From contig OZ243913.1 of NCBI GenBank assembly GCA_965213705.1, positions 3,904,001 to 3,968,000 of the forward strand: DNA of 64,000 nt, read 5' to 3'. Of the stretch, positions 28,794 through 39,770 are shown piece by piece. Under the pieces are notes generated by a model, which saw only the letters and a list, made by a program, of their open reading frames with translations, searched no databases and was not told the origin of the DNA. The DNA is from Trueperaceae bacterium (lineage in GTDB: Bacteria > Deinococcota > Deinococci > Deinococcales > Trueperaceae). How positions within the stretch are numbered: the stretch's first letter is position 1; each line of letters begins with the position of its first letter. The position numbers and the translations under genes are program-made.

Positions 28794-29618
28794 TCAACTG
28801 TAGTCTCGAGGGTCGAGGACGTCGCGTAACCCGTCGCCCAACAGGTTGAAGGCCATAACGGTGACGAGAATCGCCAGGGCGGGGAACGTCGAGGCCCACG
28901 GCGCTTCTTTGATGAAGTTGCGGGTGTCCGACACCATCGCGCCCCACTCCGGCGTGGGCGGTTGCGCGCCGAAGCCGATGAAACTGAGGCCGGCGGCGGT
29001 CAAAATGGCCCCGCCGATGTCGAAGCTGGCTTGGATGAGCGCAGGGCTGAGGCTGTTGGGCAACAGGTGTCGCCAAGCGACCCTGGGCATACCCGCGCCC
29101 AAAGCCCTGGCCGCCTCGACGAACTCTAAGTTTCTCAGGCCCAAAACTTGTGCGCGCATCAGGCGGGCGTAAATAGGCCAGGACACGGCGGCCACGGCAA
29201 TCATCACGTTGGTCAAGCTGCGTCCCAGCGCCGCCGCAATCGCCATCGCCAAGATGAGCGCGGGAAACGCCAAAAATATGTCGGTGACGCGCATCAGAAT
29301 GTCGTCCCAGATGCCCCCCAACAGGGCGGCGAACAGCCCGACGGCGGAGCCGACCGTGATGGCGAGCACCACGACGAAAAAGCCTAAGCGCAGCGAAATC
29401 CTCGTGCCGTGGATGACGCGGCTGTACACGTCCCGCCCGAGCGAATCGGTACCGAACCAGTGCTCAAAACTGGGCGGCTCGAGCCGCACGGACAAGTTTT
29501 GGGCGTTGGGGTCTCCCGCCAAAAAAGGCCCCAACACGGCGACCAAGAAAAGCAGCACGACCAACACGAAGCCTAGAACTGTGCCGGGGTTTCTGAAAAA
29601 CCGCCTGAAGGTTTTCAC
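28794..29618 (-). CDS. Peptide/nickel ABC permease DppC-like
   Basis: FGTDSLGRD, EAARALG, PPTPEWG, GDGLRD. Confidence 0.9.
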   Translation of the reverse strand: MKTFRRFFRNPGTVLGFVLVVLLFLVAVLGPFLAGDPNAQNLSVRLEPPSFEHWFGTDSLGRDVYSRVIHGTRISLRLGFFVVVLAITVGSAVGLFAALLGGIWDDILMRVTDIFLAFPALILAMAIAAALGRSLTNVMIAVAAVSWPIYARLMRAQVLGLRNLEFVEAARALGAGMPRVAWRHLLPNSLSPALIQASFDIGGAILTAAGLSFIGFGAQPPTPEWGAMVSDTRNFIKEAPWASTFPALAILVTVMAFNLLGDGLRDVLDPRDYS

Positions 29619-30622
29619 GCGTAACTAATTCTCGGGTCGAAGACGGCGTAAAAAAGGTCGACCAACAAGTTGATGAACGAGTAGCTGATACCGGCGACCA
29701 GGGTCACCGCCATGACCGCGGGAAAGTCCAAACCGATGACGCTCGAGGTCGCGTAACTGCCCAGTCCCGGCCAGGAAAAAATCGTTTCGGTCAGCACCGC
29801 GCCCGCCAACAGTCCGCCCAGAACGTTGCCCGCCACCGTCAAAATAGGCAGCGCCGCGTTGCGCAGCGCGTGCTTCCAGATGACTTTCAAATTATGAACG
29901 CCTTTCGAGCGCGCGGTGCGGACATAATCTTGCTTGAGAACTTCCAACATGGCGCTGCGCGTCATGCGGGTAATCAGCGCCGTCGAAAAACTCCCCAAGA
30001 CCAGCGCGGGCAAAATCAGCCGACTTAAAGAATCCCGAAACGCTTCAAAGTCTCCGGCGATAAGGGTGTCGATGGACATAAAACCCGTCACGGTTTCGGG
30101 CGGAAAGATAAAAGCGCTGAGCCGACCCGGACCCGGCAGCCAACCCAGCCTCGCGTGCAACAGGTCGAGCAAGATGAGCGCCAACCAGTAAATAGGCACA
30201 GCGCCCCCTACGAGCGCCAAGCTGCGCACCAAAACGTCGATGGTCCCGTCTTGGTACAGGGCGGCAATCATGCCGAGAGGAATCCCCAAGACCAGTGCGA
30301 CCAGCAAAGCCGCCAGCGTAAGTTCCAGGGTGGCCGGGAAAAACTCTTTCAAGTCGCTCGAGATACTTCGCTTGGTCCGTAGCGACTGCCCCAAGTCACC
30401 TCTCAGCAGCTTCGCCATGTACACCCTATATTGCACCAGGAGGGGGTCGTTGAGGCCGTAGGTCTCGCGGAAAGCGTCGACTTGTTCCTGCCGCGCGTTG
30501 CTGCCCAGCGCCGCCGCCGCGGGGTCGGTCGGCACGACGTTGGCTAAAAAAAAGGTCGCCGTACACACCCCCCAAAGCACGAACACCATGTGCCAAAGAC
30601 GTTTGAGCAGGTAGCTGAACAT
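29615..30622 (-). CDS. Peptide/nickel ABC permease DppB-like
   Basis: GDLGQS, DYVRTARSKG, ETIFSWPGLG, DPRI. Confidence 0.9.
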   Translation of the reverse strand: MFSYLLKRLWHMVFVLWGVCTATFFLANVVPTDPAAAALGSNARQEQVDAFRETYGLNDPLLVQYRVYMAKLLRGDLGQSLRTKRSISSDLKEFFPATLELTLAALLVALVLGIPLGMIAALYQDGTIDVLVRSLALVGGAVPIYWLALILLDLLHARLGWLPGPGRLSAFIFPPETVTGFMSIDTLIAGDFEAFRDSLSRLILPALVLGSFSTALITRMTRSAMLEVLKQDYVRTARSKGVHNLKVIWKHALRNAALPILTVAGNVLGGLLAGAVLTETIFSWPGLGSYATSSVIGLDFPAVMAVTLVAGISYSFINLLVDLFYAVFDPRISYA

Positions 30623-30687
30623 AGGTTCGTCACGACCTCGCTGGAATCGGTACAGTTTCCCAACCGTAGAGCCGCCGACAGGACGAG

Positions 30688-30718
30688 CCGCCCCTCTCGA
30701 GTTTGACAGAGGGGCGGC
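30688..30718. terminator. Hairpin downstream of the DppA-like gene
   Basis: gccgcccctct...agaggggcggc. Confidence 0.55.
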
Positions 30719-30730
30719 GTTCTGCAGGCG

Positions 30731-32293
30731 TCAGTTTTTGCTGATGGCCGTAAAGTCTACATTTCCTTGGGCATTGCGGACAAAGCCGTCCACGTTCGAG
30801 CGCGTGACGATGGCTTTGACGGGTTGGTAGAGGATGGCGTAAGGCCCGTTCATAGCCACGTATTCGGTCAGCTCGGCGTAGGTGTCTTGGCGTACGGCCG
30901 TGTCCGACTCGGCCGCGCCGCGACTTGCCAACTCGCTCGCCGTCGCGTCGTCCCAGACGTTGCGCCAGGCGAGCGACTGGGCGGCGAAATTAGCCAAAGG
31001 CGTGACGTTGCCGTCGGGGTCGGGATAGTCGGGGCTCCAGTCGGCGAGAATCATCTGCGCTTCTTGGGCGCGGTACAGGGTGTACATTTCACCCGAAACC
31101 ATCTGGCGGATGTTGGCGGTGATGCCCACCGCGGCTAAATCACTCTGAATTTTCGCGGCTAAGTCACTGCACGGCACGCCGCCGTTGCACGAGCCCGTCG
31201 CGGTCAGGAACTCTACTTCCAAATTTTCTACGCCCGCCTCTGCCAAAAGCGCCCTGGCTTTTTCGGGGTCGTAGTCGTAGAGCGTGTCGGTGTTGGCCCC
31301 CAACAGACCTCTGGGGATGATGGTCTGCATTTTGCTGCCCAAACCGCTCAGCAGTTCGTTGATGATGCCCTCCTGGTCGATGGCGTGGCGCACCGCTTGG
31401 CGCACCCGGTTGTCTTCGAACGGGGCACCGGGGCCGGAATTCATGCCCAGGTAAGCCATCTGAAAGTTGTCGGTGCGTAAAGCGTTGAAGTCATTGTTGT
31501 TTTCGGCGTTGAGAAAAGCGTCCGGCGTCAGGTCGTAGGCGATGTCGACCTCACCGCTTTGCAGCGCGGCTTCCTGAGACGAGGATTCTTGCATGTTGCG
31601 CAACACGACGCGCGTGATAGCGCCGGACTTCGAGGCGTTGGGGTTCGCTTCTAGCAGCACTTGCGAGCCTTTGTCCCAGCGGCTGAGCCCGTAAGGCCCC
31701 GAGCCCGCCGAGGTGTCGGCCAACCAGCCGCTGCCCCAGTCGCCGTCCACCTCGTGTTCCTTGACCACTGCCGAGTCCACGACGCCGCCCGTGACAAAGG
31801 TCAAAACGTTCAAAGCGATGCTGGGGTTGGTCGCTTCGGGCAAATGTAGCACCACGGTTTTTTCGTCCAGCGCCTCGGTGTCCCCGGCGGCCAGGCCGAG
31901 CACGTCGGTGACCAAAAAGGACGACGGCCCGGCAATCCCGATGACCCGCTCGAGCGAGTAAACGACGTCGTCCGCCGTGACCGGGTTGCCACTTTGAAAC
32001 ACGGCGTCACGCAGGTTAAAAATCAGGTCCGTGCCCGCTTCGGTTTCGACAAATTCCCAACTCTCGGCCAAGCCCGACTTGACCTCGGCGAGGTCGGTGC
32101 CTTCGAACTGCACCAGGGTCTCGTAAAGGTTGCTGGCGATGAGGTTGCAGGCAAATTCGTAGCACACGCCGGGGTCTAAAGTGATGAGGTCGCCCGAATC
32201 TAGGCCGAACACGAGGGTCGACTGCCGCGAGGACTGAGCGAACCCCAGCGAGAACAACGTTACTCCGACGAGCCAAACAGCGAGCTTACGCAT
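30731..32293 (-). CDS. Peptide ABC substrate-binding protein DppA-like
   Basis: Signal peptide; TLDP, LAESW, GSGPY, WSPDYPDPD; GGAGG RBS. Confidence 0.9.
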   Translation of the reverse strand: MRKLAVWLVGVTLFSLGFAQSSRQSTLVFGLDSGDLITLDPGVCYEFACNLIASNLYETLVQFEGTDLAEVKSGLAESWEFVETEAGTDLIFNLRDAVFQSGNPVTADDVVYSLERVIGIAGPSSFLVTDVLGLAAGDTEALDEKTVVLHLPEATNPSIALNVLTFVTGGVVDSAVVKEHEVDGDWGSGWLADTSAGSGPYGLSRWDKGSQVLLEANPNASKSGAITRVVLRNMQESSSQEAALQSGEVDIAYDLTPDAFLNAENNNDFNALRTDNFQMAYLGMNSGPGAPFEDNRVRQAVRHAIDQEGIINELLSGLGSKMQTIIPRGLLGANTDTLYDYDPEKARALLAEAGVENLEVEFLTATGSCNGGVPCSDLAAKIQSDLAAVGITANIRQMVSGEMYTLYRAQEAQMILADWSPDYPDPDGNVTPLANFAAQSLAWRNVWDDATASELASRGAAESDTAVRQDTYAELTEYVAMNGPYAILYQPVKAIVTRSNVDGFVRNAQGNVDFTAISKN

Positions 32294-32628
32294 GTGACCT
32301 CCTAAAGTACCTTCTCCCACCTACGGAAATTTGTAAGCGAGAAAGACTCAAAGTTTCTTGAAATCAAGTGCAAGTGTAACCTAGTTTATGGGTTAAAACA
32401 ACCAATCCCGAAGGTTGAGGGTACTGGCGGTTCCGCTTTATCCCCTTCGACCTCTCTATTCGCCGTGTCCACCGAAAGCTGGATGAAGTTCCTGCTCGAG
32501 AATCTTTCGAGCCTCCAGTTCGAACGAACTATACAAGAGTTACACTCAGAGAGATTTTCGGTACAGTTAGAATTTATGAGCGGATTTCGAAAATTCGGAT
32601 TTAACAACGCCATGTCGGAGGAAACATT

Positions 32629-34164
32629 TTGACAACAGTCGCCGTTATCGGGGCGGGCACGATGGGCCGGGGCGTCGCGCAAGTCGCGGCGCAGGCGGGG
32701 TACGACGTTGTTCTTTATGATGCGTTTCCCGAGGTTTTAGAAAAAGCCGCCGCCGAGTTGGAAACCATTTTCGAGATGCTTGCTGCCAAGGAGCGGCTCG
32801 AGTACCCCGCCGAAGTCCTGGCGCACATCGCGTTCAGCTCGAGTTTGGGTGATGTTCGAAATGCAGATTGGATAGTCGAGGCCGTCCCCGAAGACTTGAG
32901 CCTCAAGCGCGACCTATTCAGCGAGCTAGGTGATTTGGGCGAACATACCGTGCTGGCGACGAACACCTCTACCCTGTCGGTCTCGGGCATCGCCGCGGCG
33001 GCGTCACGGCCCGAGCGCGTCGTCGGGCTGCACTTTTTCAACCCCGCGCCGCTCATGAACCTCGTCGAGGTGGTTCCGGGCGTGGCGACCGACCTGAGCG
33101 TCGTGGAGCAGGCGCGTTTTTTCGTGCAGGGACTGGGCAAGACGCCCGTGGTCGCGCGGGACGCGCCCGGCTTTATCGTCAACCGCGTGGCGCGGCCCTT
33201 TTACGGCGAAGCGCTGAAGCTGCACGGCGAGGGCCTGCCGGTAGAAACCATCGACCGAGTTATGCGCGGCCTGGGTTTTCGCATAGGGCCGTTCGAACTG
33301 ATGGACTTAATCGGCATCGACGTGAACTACGCCGCGGCGAAGAGCGTCTACGAGCAGTTTTTTCACGAGCCGCGTTACCGCCCGCACCCCCTGCAGCGCA
33401 GCATGGTCGAAGCGGGCTGGCTGGGCCGCAAGACCGGGCGCGGTTTTTACACCTACCCACGCGAAACGCCTCAAGAAAAGCAAAACGGGCGCGGTATGTC
33501 TTCACTGCGGCCTTATTTGATAGGGCCGGAGGACTTGCTCGAGCTGTACGCGGACTTTCCCCAGGTGGACAACCCCGCCGAGGCCGACTTCGTTTTGGAC
33601 CTGTACAGTGACCCGATAGGTCTGAGTCTGGACGAAGCGCACCACGAGACATTGCTGAACAGCGATTTGCCGGTGGTTCGACTCATGTGGGGCGGCTCGA
33701 GCAGCGTTTTGGCCGGCGACGTCGCGCCGAACGAGTTGGCCGGCTTCAGCCTCGTGCCGCCTTTTGAAAAAGGTTGCACGGTCGAACTGTGCGTCCCACT
33801 CGGCCAGGGCGACACCGACGCGCTGCGGCTCGCCGGGGCTTACTTCAAGGCGCAGGGCCTCGAGACGGTTCGAATCCCCGACACCCCCGGCGGCGTGGGC
33901 TTTCGAATTCTCGCCATGATTATCAACGAGGCGGTGAGCGCCGTGGCGGAAAAGCTTGCCCCGCCCGCCGCCATCGACACTGCTATGAAACTCGGCACGA
34001 ACTACCCGCTGGGACCTTTGGAGTGGAGCGAAACGCTGGGGCTCGAGAACTTGCTGGTCGGCTTGCAAGGCTTGTTCGAGGAGCTGGGCGAAGACCGCTA
34101 CCGCCCCCACCCCCTCCTCAAACGCATGGTCGCCGCGGGTGTGCAGCGCTGGGACGAGCTGTGA
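32629..34164 (+). CDS. 3-hydroxyacyl-CoA dehydrogenase (PaaH-like, two C-terminal domains)
   Basis: IGAGTMG, EAVPE, TNTS, GLHFFNP, PGFIVNR, NYPLGP. Confidence 0.9.
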   Translation: MTTVAVIGAGTMGRGVAQVAAQAGYDVVLYDAFPEVLEKAAAELETIFEMLAAKERLEYPAEVLAHIAFSSSLGDVRNADWIVEAVPEDLSLKRDLFSELGDLGEHTVLATNTSTLSVSGIAAAASRPERVVGLHFFNPAPLMNLVEVVPGVATDLSVVEQARFFVQGLGKTPVVARDAPGFIVNRVARPFYGEALKLHGEGLPVETIDRVMRGLGFRIGPFELMDLIGIDVNYAAAKSVYEQFFHEPRYRPHPLQRSMVEAGWLGRKTGRGFYTYPRETPQEKQNGRGMSSLRPYLIGPEDLLELYADFPQVDNPAEADFVLDLYSDPIGLSLDEAHHETLLNSDLPVVRLMWGGSSSVLAGDVAPNELAGFSLVPPFEKGCTVELCVPLGQGDTDALRLAGAYFKAQGLETVRIPDTPGGVGFRILAMIINEAVSAVAEKLAPPAAIDTAMKLGTNYPLGPLEWSETLGLENLLVGLQGLFEELGEDRYRPHPLLKRMVAAGVQRWDEL

Positions 34165-34589
34165 AACCGATTCCCGAAGGTCACACGGCAACCCATGAAA
34201 TTGTCGTCACAGAAGAGATGACCGTCGATTTTGAACAGGACGACCCCCGCCTCGGCAAGCTTCACCCCGTTTACGCGACCTACTGGTTGGTCAAGCACAT
34301 GGAAATGGTCAGCCGCAAAGTCATCCTCCCCTTTTTAGATGCGGACGAAGAGGGCGTCGGCTTCGAGGTGAGCGTGACGCACCTCGCCTCGGCGCTCCCC
34401 GGCATGACGGTGCGAATAAGCGCCGAGCACCTGAAAACCGAAGGGAACCGCATCTACGCCCGCTGCGAAGCGGTGAGCGAACTGGGCGACCTCGTCGGGA
34501 CAGGCACGACCACACAAGTTTGGATGAAACGGGAACGGCTCAACGGCGGCTTCGCCAAACTGAGAGAACGTTGGGACGACCGCGGCTAA
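34161..34589 (+). CDS. Hotdog-fold thioesterase (FlK-like)
   Basis: VYAT...ME...VTHLA Thr/Glu/His pattern; GTG overlaps upstream stop. Confidence 0.8.
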   Translation: MKPIPEGHTATHEIVVTEEMTVDFEQDDPRLGKLHPVYATYWLVKHMEMVSRKVILPFLDADEEGVGFEVSVTHLASALPGMTVRISAEHLKTEGNRIYARCEAVSELGDLVGTGTTTQVWMKRERLNGGFAKLRERWDDRG

Positions 34590-35524
34590 CCCAACACGGT
34601 TCGCAAGTCCGCCAAACCGATGTTCGCGCCGCAAATGACGAGTACGACGTTTTTGCCCTCAAGCCGCTCCTGCAGTTTCTGGTACGCCGCCACCACGACG
34701 CCCGCCGCACCTTCCAACAACATGTGATGCAGCTCGATGAAGCGCCGCACCGCGACTTTAATTTCGTCCTCGGACACCGTCACGTAGTCGTCCACGAGGT
34801 TTTTGACCATCTCAAAGGTCACCGCGCCCGCCTCCACGCCGCCCGCCGTGCCGTCAGAAAGCGTCGGGAGCGACGGTATATCCACAATCTTTCCCGCCCG
34901 TACCGACGCCATCATCACCGCCGAGTTTGCGGGCGAGCAGGCGATGATTTCGACGTTCGGCCGCACCGTTTTCAAGTACGCGGCTATACCTGAGACGAGC
35001 CCGCCACCGCCGAGCGCGACGAGGACGACATCTATCTTGTCCAACTGCCGCACCAACTCCACCCCGACCGTACCTTGCCCCGCCACGACCTCTAGGTCGT
35101 TATAAGGCGAAACGTAGGTCAACTTGTTCTCGGCGGCGTAGGCTCGAGCCTGCTTCTCAGCCACCACGCCGTCGTCACCATAAACGCGCACCTCGCCGCC
35201 GAGCCGCTTTATCGCCTCAACTTTCGTCGGCGCGGCGTTTTCGGGGACGAAGATGAGGCCGGAAAGCTCGAGCTTGTTCAGCGCGTAAGCGACCGCCGCC
35301 CCGTGGTTGCCGGTCGAGGCGGTGACGACGCCGCGCGCTTTTTCCTCCGCGCTGAGCGACAAGAGCTTGTTCAGCGCCCCGCGCACCTTGAACGAGCCCG
35401 TGGGTTGGAGGGTCTCGAGCTTGACGAACACGTTTTCACCGAGTGGCGAGGGCAGCAGCGGCGTCTCGGGCAGGTAAGGGCGCAGTCGGGTTTCAGCTTT
35501 GAGGACGTCCTCGGACAAGGTCAC
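34586..35524 (-). CDS. PLP-dependent threonine/serine dehydratase
   Basis: TGSFKVRGA, STGNHG, GQGT, GGGGL. Confidence 0.9.
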   Translation of the reverse strand: MTLSEDVLKAETRLRPYLPETPLLPSPLGENVFVKLETLQPTGSFKVRGALNKLLSLSAEEKARGVVTASTGNHGAAVAYALNKLELSGLIFVPENAAPTKVEAIKRLGGEVRVYGDDGVVAEKQARAYAAENKLTYVSPYNDLEVVAGQGTVGVELVRQLDKIDVVLVALGGGGLVSGIAAYLKTVRPNVEIIACSPANSAVMMASVRAGKIVDIPSLPTLSDGTAGGVEAGAVTFEMVKNLVDDYVTVSEDEIKVAVRRFIELHHMLLEGAAGVVVAAYQKLQERLEGKNVVLVICGANIGLADLRTVLG

Positions 35525-35584
35525 AGCCTCCTATTCTATCTCGCGAGAGCGGAGCCGAACCCGGCCCTGTGTTTTAATTAAAGA

Positions 35585-37105
35585 ATGAAACCTGCCAACA
35601 CCCGCCCCCTACTTCTCGCCGGGGCCGTTTTTCCCACTTACCCTCACCCCGCCGACGCCCTCTTAGTCGTCGACGGCAAAATCCGCGCGGTCGGCCGACG
35701 CCAAGACGTAGACCTACCGCCGCACACGGTCATCAAAGACCTGAACGGGTTGACCGTGCTGCCCGGACTCGGCGACGCGCACGTCCACTTCGCGGCGACC
35801 GGCTTTTTGCAGAGCGCCGTCGACTGCCGCGGCATCAAGACCATCGCCGCTTTGTTGGAGCGTTTAGCGAGTGAGGCACGCAAAAAAGCGCCGGGCGAAC
35901 TTGTTTTGGGGTTGCGGCTCGAGCACCTGGAATTTTCCAGCAAACGCGTCCCGACCCTGCAGGAATTAGAGGCGGCCGCGCCCGACAACCCGGTTTACCT
36001 GCGCCACATCACCGGCCACAGCTCGGTGGCGAGTGCGAGCGCGCTTGAACTTCTGAATTTTCAGAGCGGCCAGCCCGGTGTACAGGTCGACGCCGAGAGC
36101 CTTCCCACCGGCTACCTCATCGCCCAGGCGACCCAGGCCGCGACGCAAAAGATGTACGCGCTGAACGCGCAACAAGTGGGCTACGAGACCGCGTTTCGGG
36201 CGGCGGCGCGGGTGGCGGCGGAACAGGGTTGCACCGCCGTTCACGCCTTGGACGACCTCGGCGCGGTCGAAGCGTTGCTGAGGCTCGAGCCCCAGCTTGA
36301 CGTGCGCGTCTTGCCCTACACGCAAAGTTTCGACATAGACGCCGTCCAGGCCTTGGGCCTGCCGCGAATAGGCGGTTGCCACGGTTGCGCGCTCGACGGC
36401 GACTTCGACATGCACACCGCCGCGCTCACCACGTCTTACAAAGGCTGCCCCGAAGATTTCGGCCTCCTCTACCACAACGACCTTTCGCTGCAGGGCTTCG
36501 TGCTGGACGCGCACCGCCGCGGGCTGCAACTCGCCTTTCACGCGGTCGGCGACCGGGCCGTGGAGCAGGCGCTGCGAGCGTTCGAACGCGCCCAGCTTGA
36601 ACACCCACGCCCCGACCCGCGCCACCGCATCGAACACGCGCAACTCATGAGCCCCGAGCAGATGGCGCGCGCAAAAGCCGCGGGCGTCATGCTGTCGGTC
36701 CAACCGGCGTTCAACCACGTTTGGGACCACCACACCTACGACGAGTGGGTGGGCGAACGTTCGAACGAGGTCGACCCGCTCGCCACGATGCTGCGTGCAG
36801 GATTGATACTCGCCGGGGGTTCGGACAGCACCGTGACCGATTTGCAACCCGTGTTGGGCGTCCACGCGGCCGTGAACCACTCGCGCGAGGAGGAGCGCGT
36901 CAGCGTGGCCGACGCCATGCGCATGTTTTCTTACGGGGTCGCTTACAGCACCTTTGACGAAGGCGCGCGCGGCACGGTTGCGCCCGGTCTCGACGCCGAC
37001 TTAACCATGCTGGCCCAAAACCCGTTCGACGTTGACCCCGCCGCCATCAAAGACATTCCCGTCGCCATGACGTTCGTGCAGGGGCGGGCGGTGTTCGAGG
37101 CTTGA
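35585..37105 (+). CDS. Amidohydrolase_3 (YtcJ-like)
   Basis: PGLGDAHVH, HAVGDRA, RIEHAQ, GSD. Confidence 0.88.
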   Translation: MKPANTRPLLLAGAVFPTYPHPADALLVVDGKIRAVGRRQDVDLPPHTVIKDLNGLTVLPGLGDAHVHFAATGFLQSAVDCRGIKTIAALLERLASEARKKAPGELVLGLRLEHLEFSSKRVPTLQELEAAAPDNPVYLRHITGHSSVASASALELLNFQSGQPGVQVDAESLPTGYLIAQATQAATQKMYALNAQQVGYETAFRAAARVAAEQGCTAVHALDDLGAVEALLRLEPQLDVRVLPYTQSFDIDAVQALGLPRIGGCHGCALDGDFDMHTAALTTSYKGCPEDFGLLYHNDLSLQGFVLDAHRRGLQLAFHAVGDRAVEQALRAFERAQLEHPRPDPRHRIEHAQLMSPEQMARAKAAGVMLSVQPAFNHVWDHHTYDEWVGERSNEVDPLATMLRAGLILAGGSDSTVTDLQPVLGVHAAVNHSREEERVSVADAMRMFSYGVAYSTFDEGARGTVAPGLDADLTMLAQNPFDVDPAAIKDIPVAMTFVQGRAVFEA

Positions 37106-38991
37106 AAGGGTTGGGCTCGAGGGGAAACTCGACAAACTGCTTTAACAGACATGCGTAGTGACGGTTGTCGGGTCGTTTTTGTGCGTTTTTTGACCGTGGT
37201 AACCTCGGGGTAAAGTACGCTTGGGAACATCTTCGACTGAGAGGGCGAGCGTGACGACACAACCGCATACCGACCTGAAGTTCTTTACCAACGAACCCGA
37301 CGCCACCCTCTACCACCGCTTCGTTAAAACCCTCGAGTACGCTTCACACTTCGATGTTCTTGTAGGCTACTTCCGCACCAGCGGCTTCCACCGGCTTTAC
37401 CGGGCTTTGGAGCGCACCGAGAAGGTCAGGATTTTGGTCGGCTTGAGCGTAGACCGCAAAGCGTTCGAGATAATTGAACAGGTGCGCGACTCAAGCAGAA
37501 TCGACTTCGAGTCGCATGAACGCACCCGGCAAGTGTTTGTCCGCAACCTCACCACCGAGATGAGCGAGTCGGAGGACACGCCGGAGGTCGAAATCTCCGC
37601 CCGTAAGTTTATCGAGTATTTAGAGTCCGGCAAGCTCGAGCTGCGCGCCTACCCGAGCCGGAACCTGCACGCCAAGGTCTACATTTCGCGCTTTCCCGAG
37701 AATTTCATGGAGTTCGGTAAAGTTATCACCGGCTCGAGCAACTTCTCGGAATCCGGTCTGGTGGCACAGCGCGAGTTCAACGTCGAACTCAAAGACCGCC
37801 CCGACGTGGAGTTTGCCCTTGCAAAGTTCGAAGAACTGTGGGCCGAAGGGGTGGACATTTCTCAGGAGTACGTGGACACGCTGCTCACAAAGACCTGGCT
37901 CTCGGACCAAATCACGCCCTATCAGCTTTACCTCAAGTTTTTGTACGAGTATTTCAAAGAGGACATAAATATAGACGAGGATGTGGACCTCTTTTTGCCT
38001 GAGGGTTATATGGATTTGGCGTACCAGAAGCAGGCGGTGTTAGCAGCTAAGAAAATAATCGAGGCTTATGGTGGCGTGTTCATCGCGGACGTGGTTGGTC
38101 TCGGCAAGACGTTTATCGCGGCGCTGCTTCTGCAGCAACTGCCGGGCCGCAAGCTCGTCATTTGCCCGCCGGTTTTGGCCGACTATTGGAAAGAAACCAT
38201 GCACCAGTTTTACGTGCCGGGTGTCGAGGTGGAGTCTTTGGGCAAGCTCGAGCAAATCTTGGAGCGGGGCGTTGAAAAGTACAGCACGGTCGTCATCGAC
38301 GAGGCGCACCGTTTCCGCAACGAACTCACCCAGGGCTACGAGACGCTTCACAAGATTTGTCGGGGCAAAAAGGTCGTGCTGGTCTCGGCGACGCCCCTGA
38401 ACAACAAGCTCGGCGACATCTTGAGCCAGCTCAAACTGTTCCAACCCGGCAAACAGAGCGCCATCCCCGGCGTGCGCAACTTAGAAGCGTTTTTCAAAAC
38501 GTTGCAGAAAAAGCTCGACAGCGTGGACAAGGACGACCCTTCGTACTTAGAACTGGTCGAAGAAACCTCCAAAGAAGTGCGGGATAAAGTCTTGAAACAC
38601 GTCATGGTACGGCGGACGCGCACCGAAATCAAAAAGTATTTCAGCGACGACTTAGAAAAGCAGGGGCTGCGCTTTCCCGAGCTAGCCAGTCCAGAGCGCA
38701 TCATTTACGAGTTCGACGGCAACATCGAAGAGGTGTTCAACACGACCATCGGTCTATTAAAAAGCTTCACTTACGCCCGCTACACCCCCCTCCTCTACCT
38801 GAAAAAAGGGCTGGGCGAGTTCGAGTTGCAGTCCCAGCGCAACATCGGCGGTTTTATGAAGGGCTTATTGGTGAAGCGTTTGGAGAGCAGCTTTTACGCC
38901 TTCAAGCAAACCGTAGACCGCTTCATCACCTCCTACCAGAACTTTCTTCACATGCTGGAGGGAGGAACCGTCTACATCAGCAAAAAGGTCG

Positions 38992-39770
38992 GGTAGTGGC
39001 CCACCATCAACTGACAGCAGCACGCTCAAGATTGTAGCGGACCAAGAACAGATGCAAGCAAATGAGGTGCATGTGTTCGGACTTGGAGAAGGATAAGGTC
39101 TTTCTGACAAAGCGCGCTAGGCGTTGGCGGATAGTATTGTTAAAGCGCTCGACGTGTGCTGTAAGCCCTGAGTCTTTACCAACAGCTTGATGCTGTTCAT
39201 CGGGAACGACGGCCTGATAAGCTTCCCAGAAGTCACTAAACACCGTGCCTTGTTTATAAGCATCTGGGATGTTACGCCAAAGTTTTTGACAAGTAGCAAT
39301 GCCACGTCCACCTACAACACAAGCGACCACCTGGCGTGTCTGCTTACAAAGCGCTATCCAGGCCCACCGTTTGTTACGTCTACATCGAACAAATGACCAC
39401 ATCTCGTCGAGTTCGAGTTGCACCGCTTCAGGGTTCTCGGGCGTAACCAGTGTGGCGCTAAGCGGCGGTGTCGTCGCGGCTTTTTTTGAGCCATTTCGCT
39501 ATTGTGGTGCGGGACACGCCGAATGTTCTGGTCAGCCCACGCATACTAGAGCGCTCCTGATACGACTTCAGTATCTCATCTTTCTTCGCTTCGCTGTACC
39601 CTTTAGTGCTCGCGTTCTCGCGACTGGACTTGCCGCACGCTCGACACAGGTACTTTTGCTTGCCGTTTGGTGCATGACCGTTCTTGACAAGCTCTTCGCT
39701 CTCGCAGTGGCAGCAACGTACAACTTTGGTGACCATTCCTTAGCTTATCAGTCTTTGCTAAACCACTACC
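38992..39770 (-). mobile_element. IS1-family insertion sequence, 779 bp
   Basis: Imperfect 23-bp TIRs starting GGTAGTGG; 8-bp TSD AAAGGTCG at 38984-38991 and 39771-39778. Confidence 0.95.
39007..39736 (-). CDS. insAB: IS1 transposase InsA-InsB joined by -1 frameshift
   Basis: InsA zinc ribbon (CCHC...CRAC) and HTH at 39458-39736; A7 slip site at 39481-39487; InsB ELDEMWSFV, SDFW, VERFN. Confidence 0.9.

Noticed and set aside
24050..32293. ABC transporters lacking ATPase genes
   Set aside because: Sharing an ATPase encoded elsewhere is common
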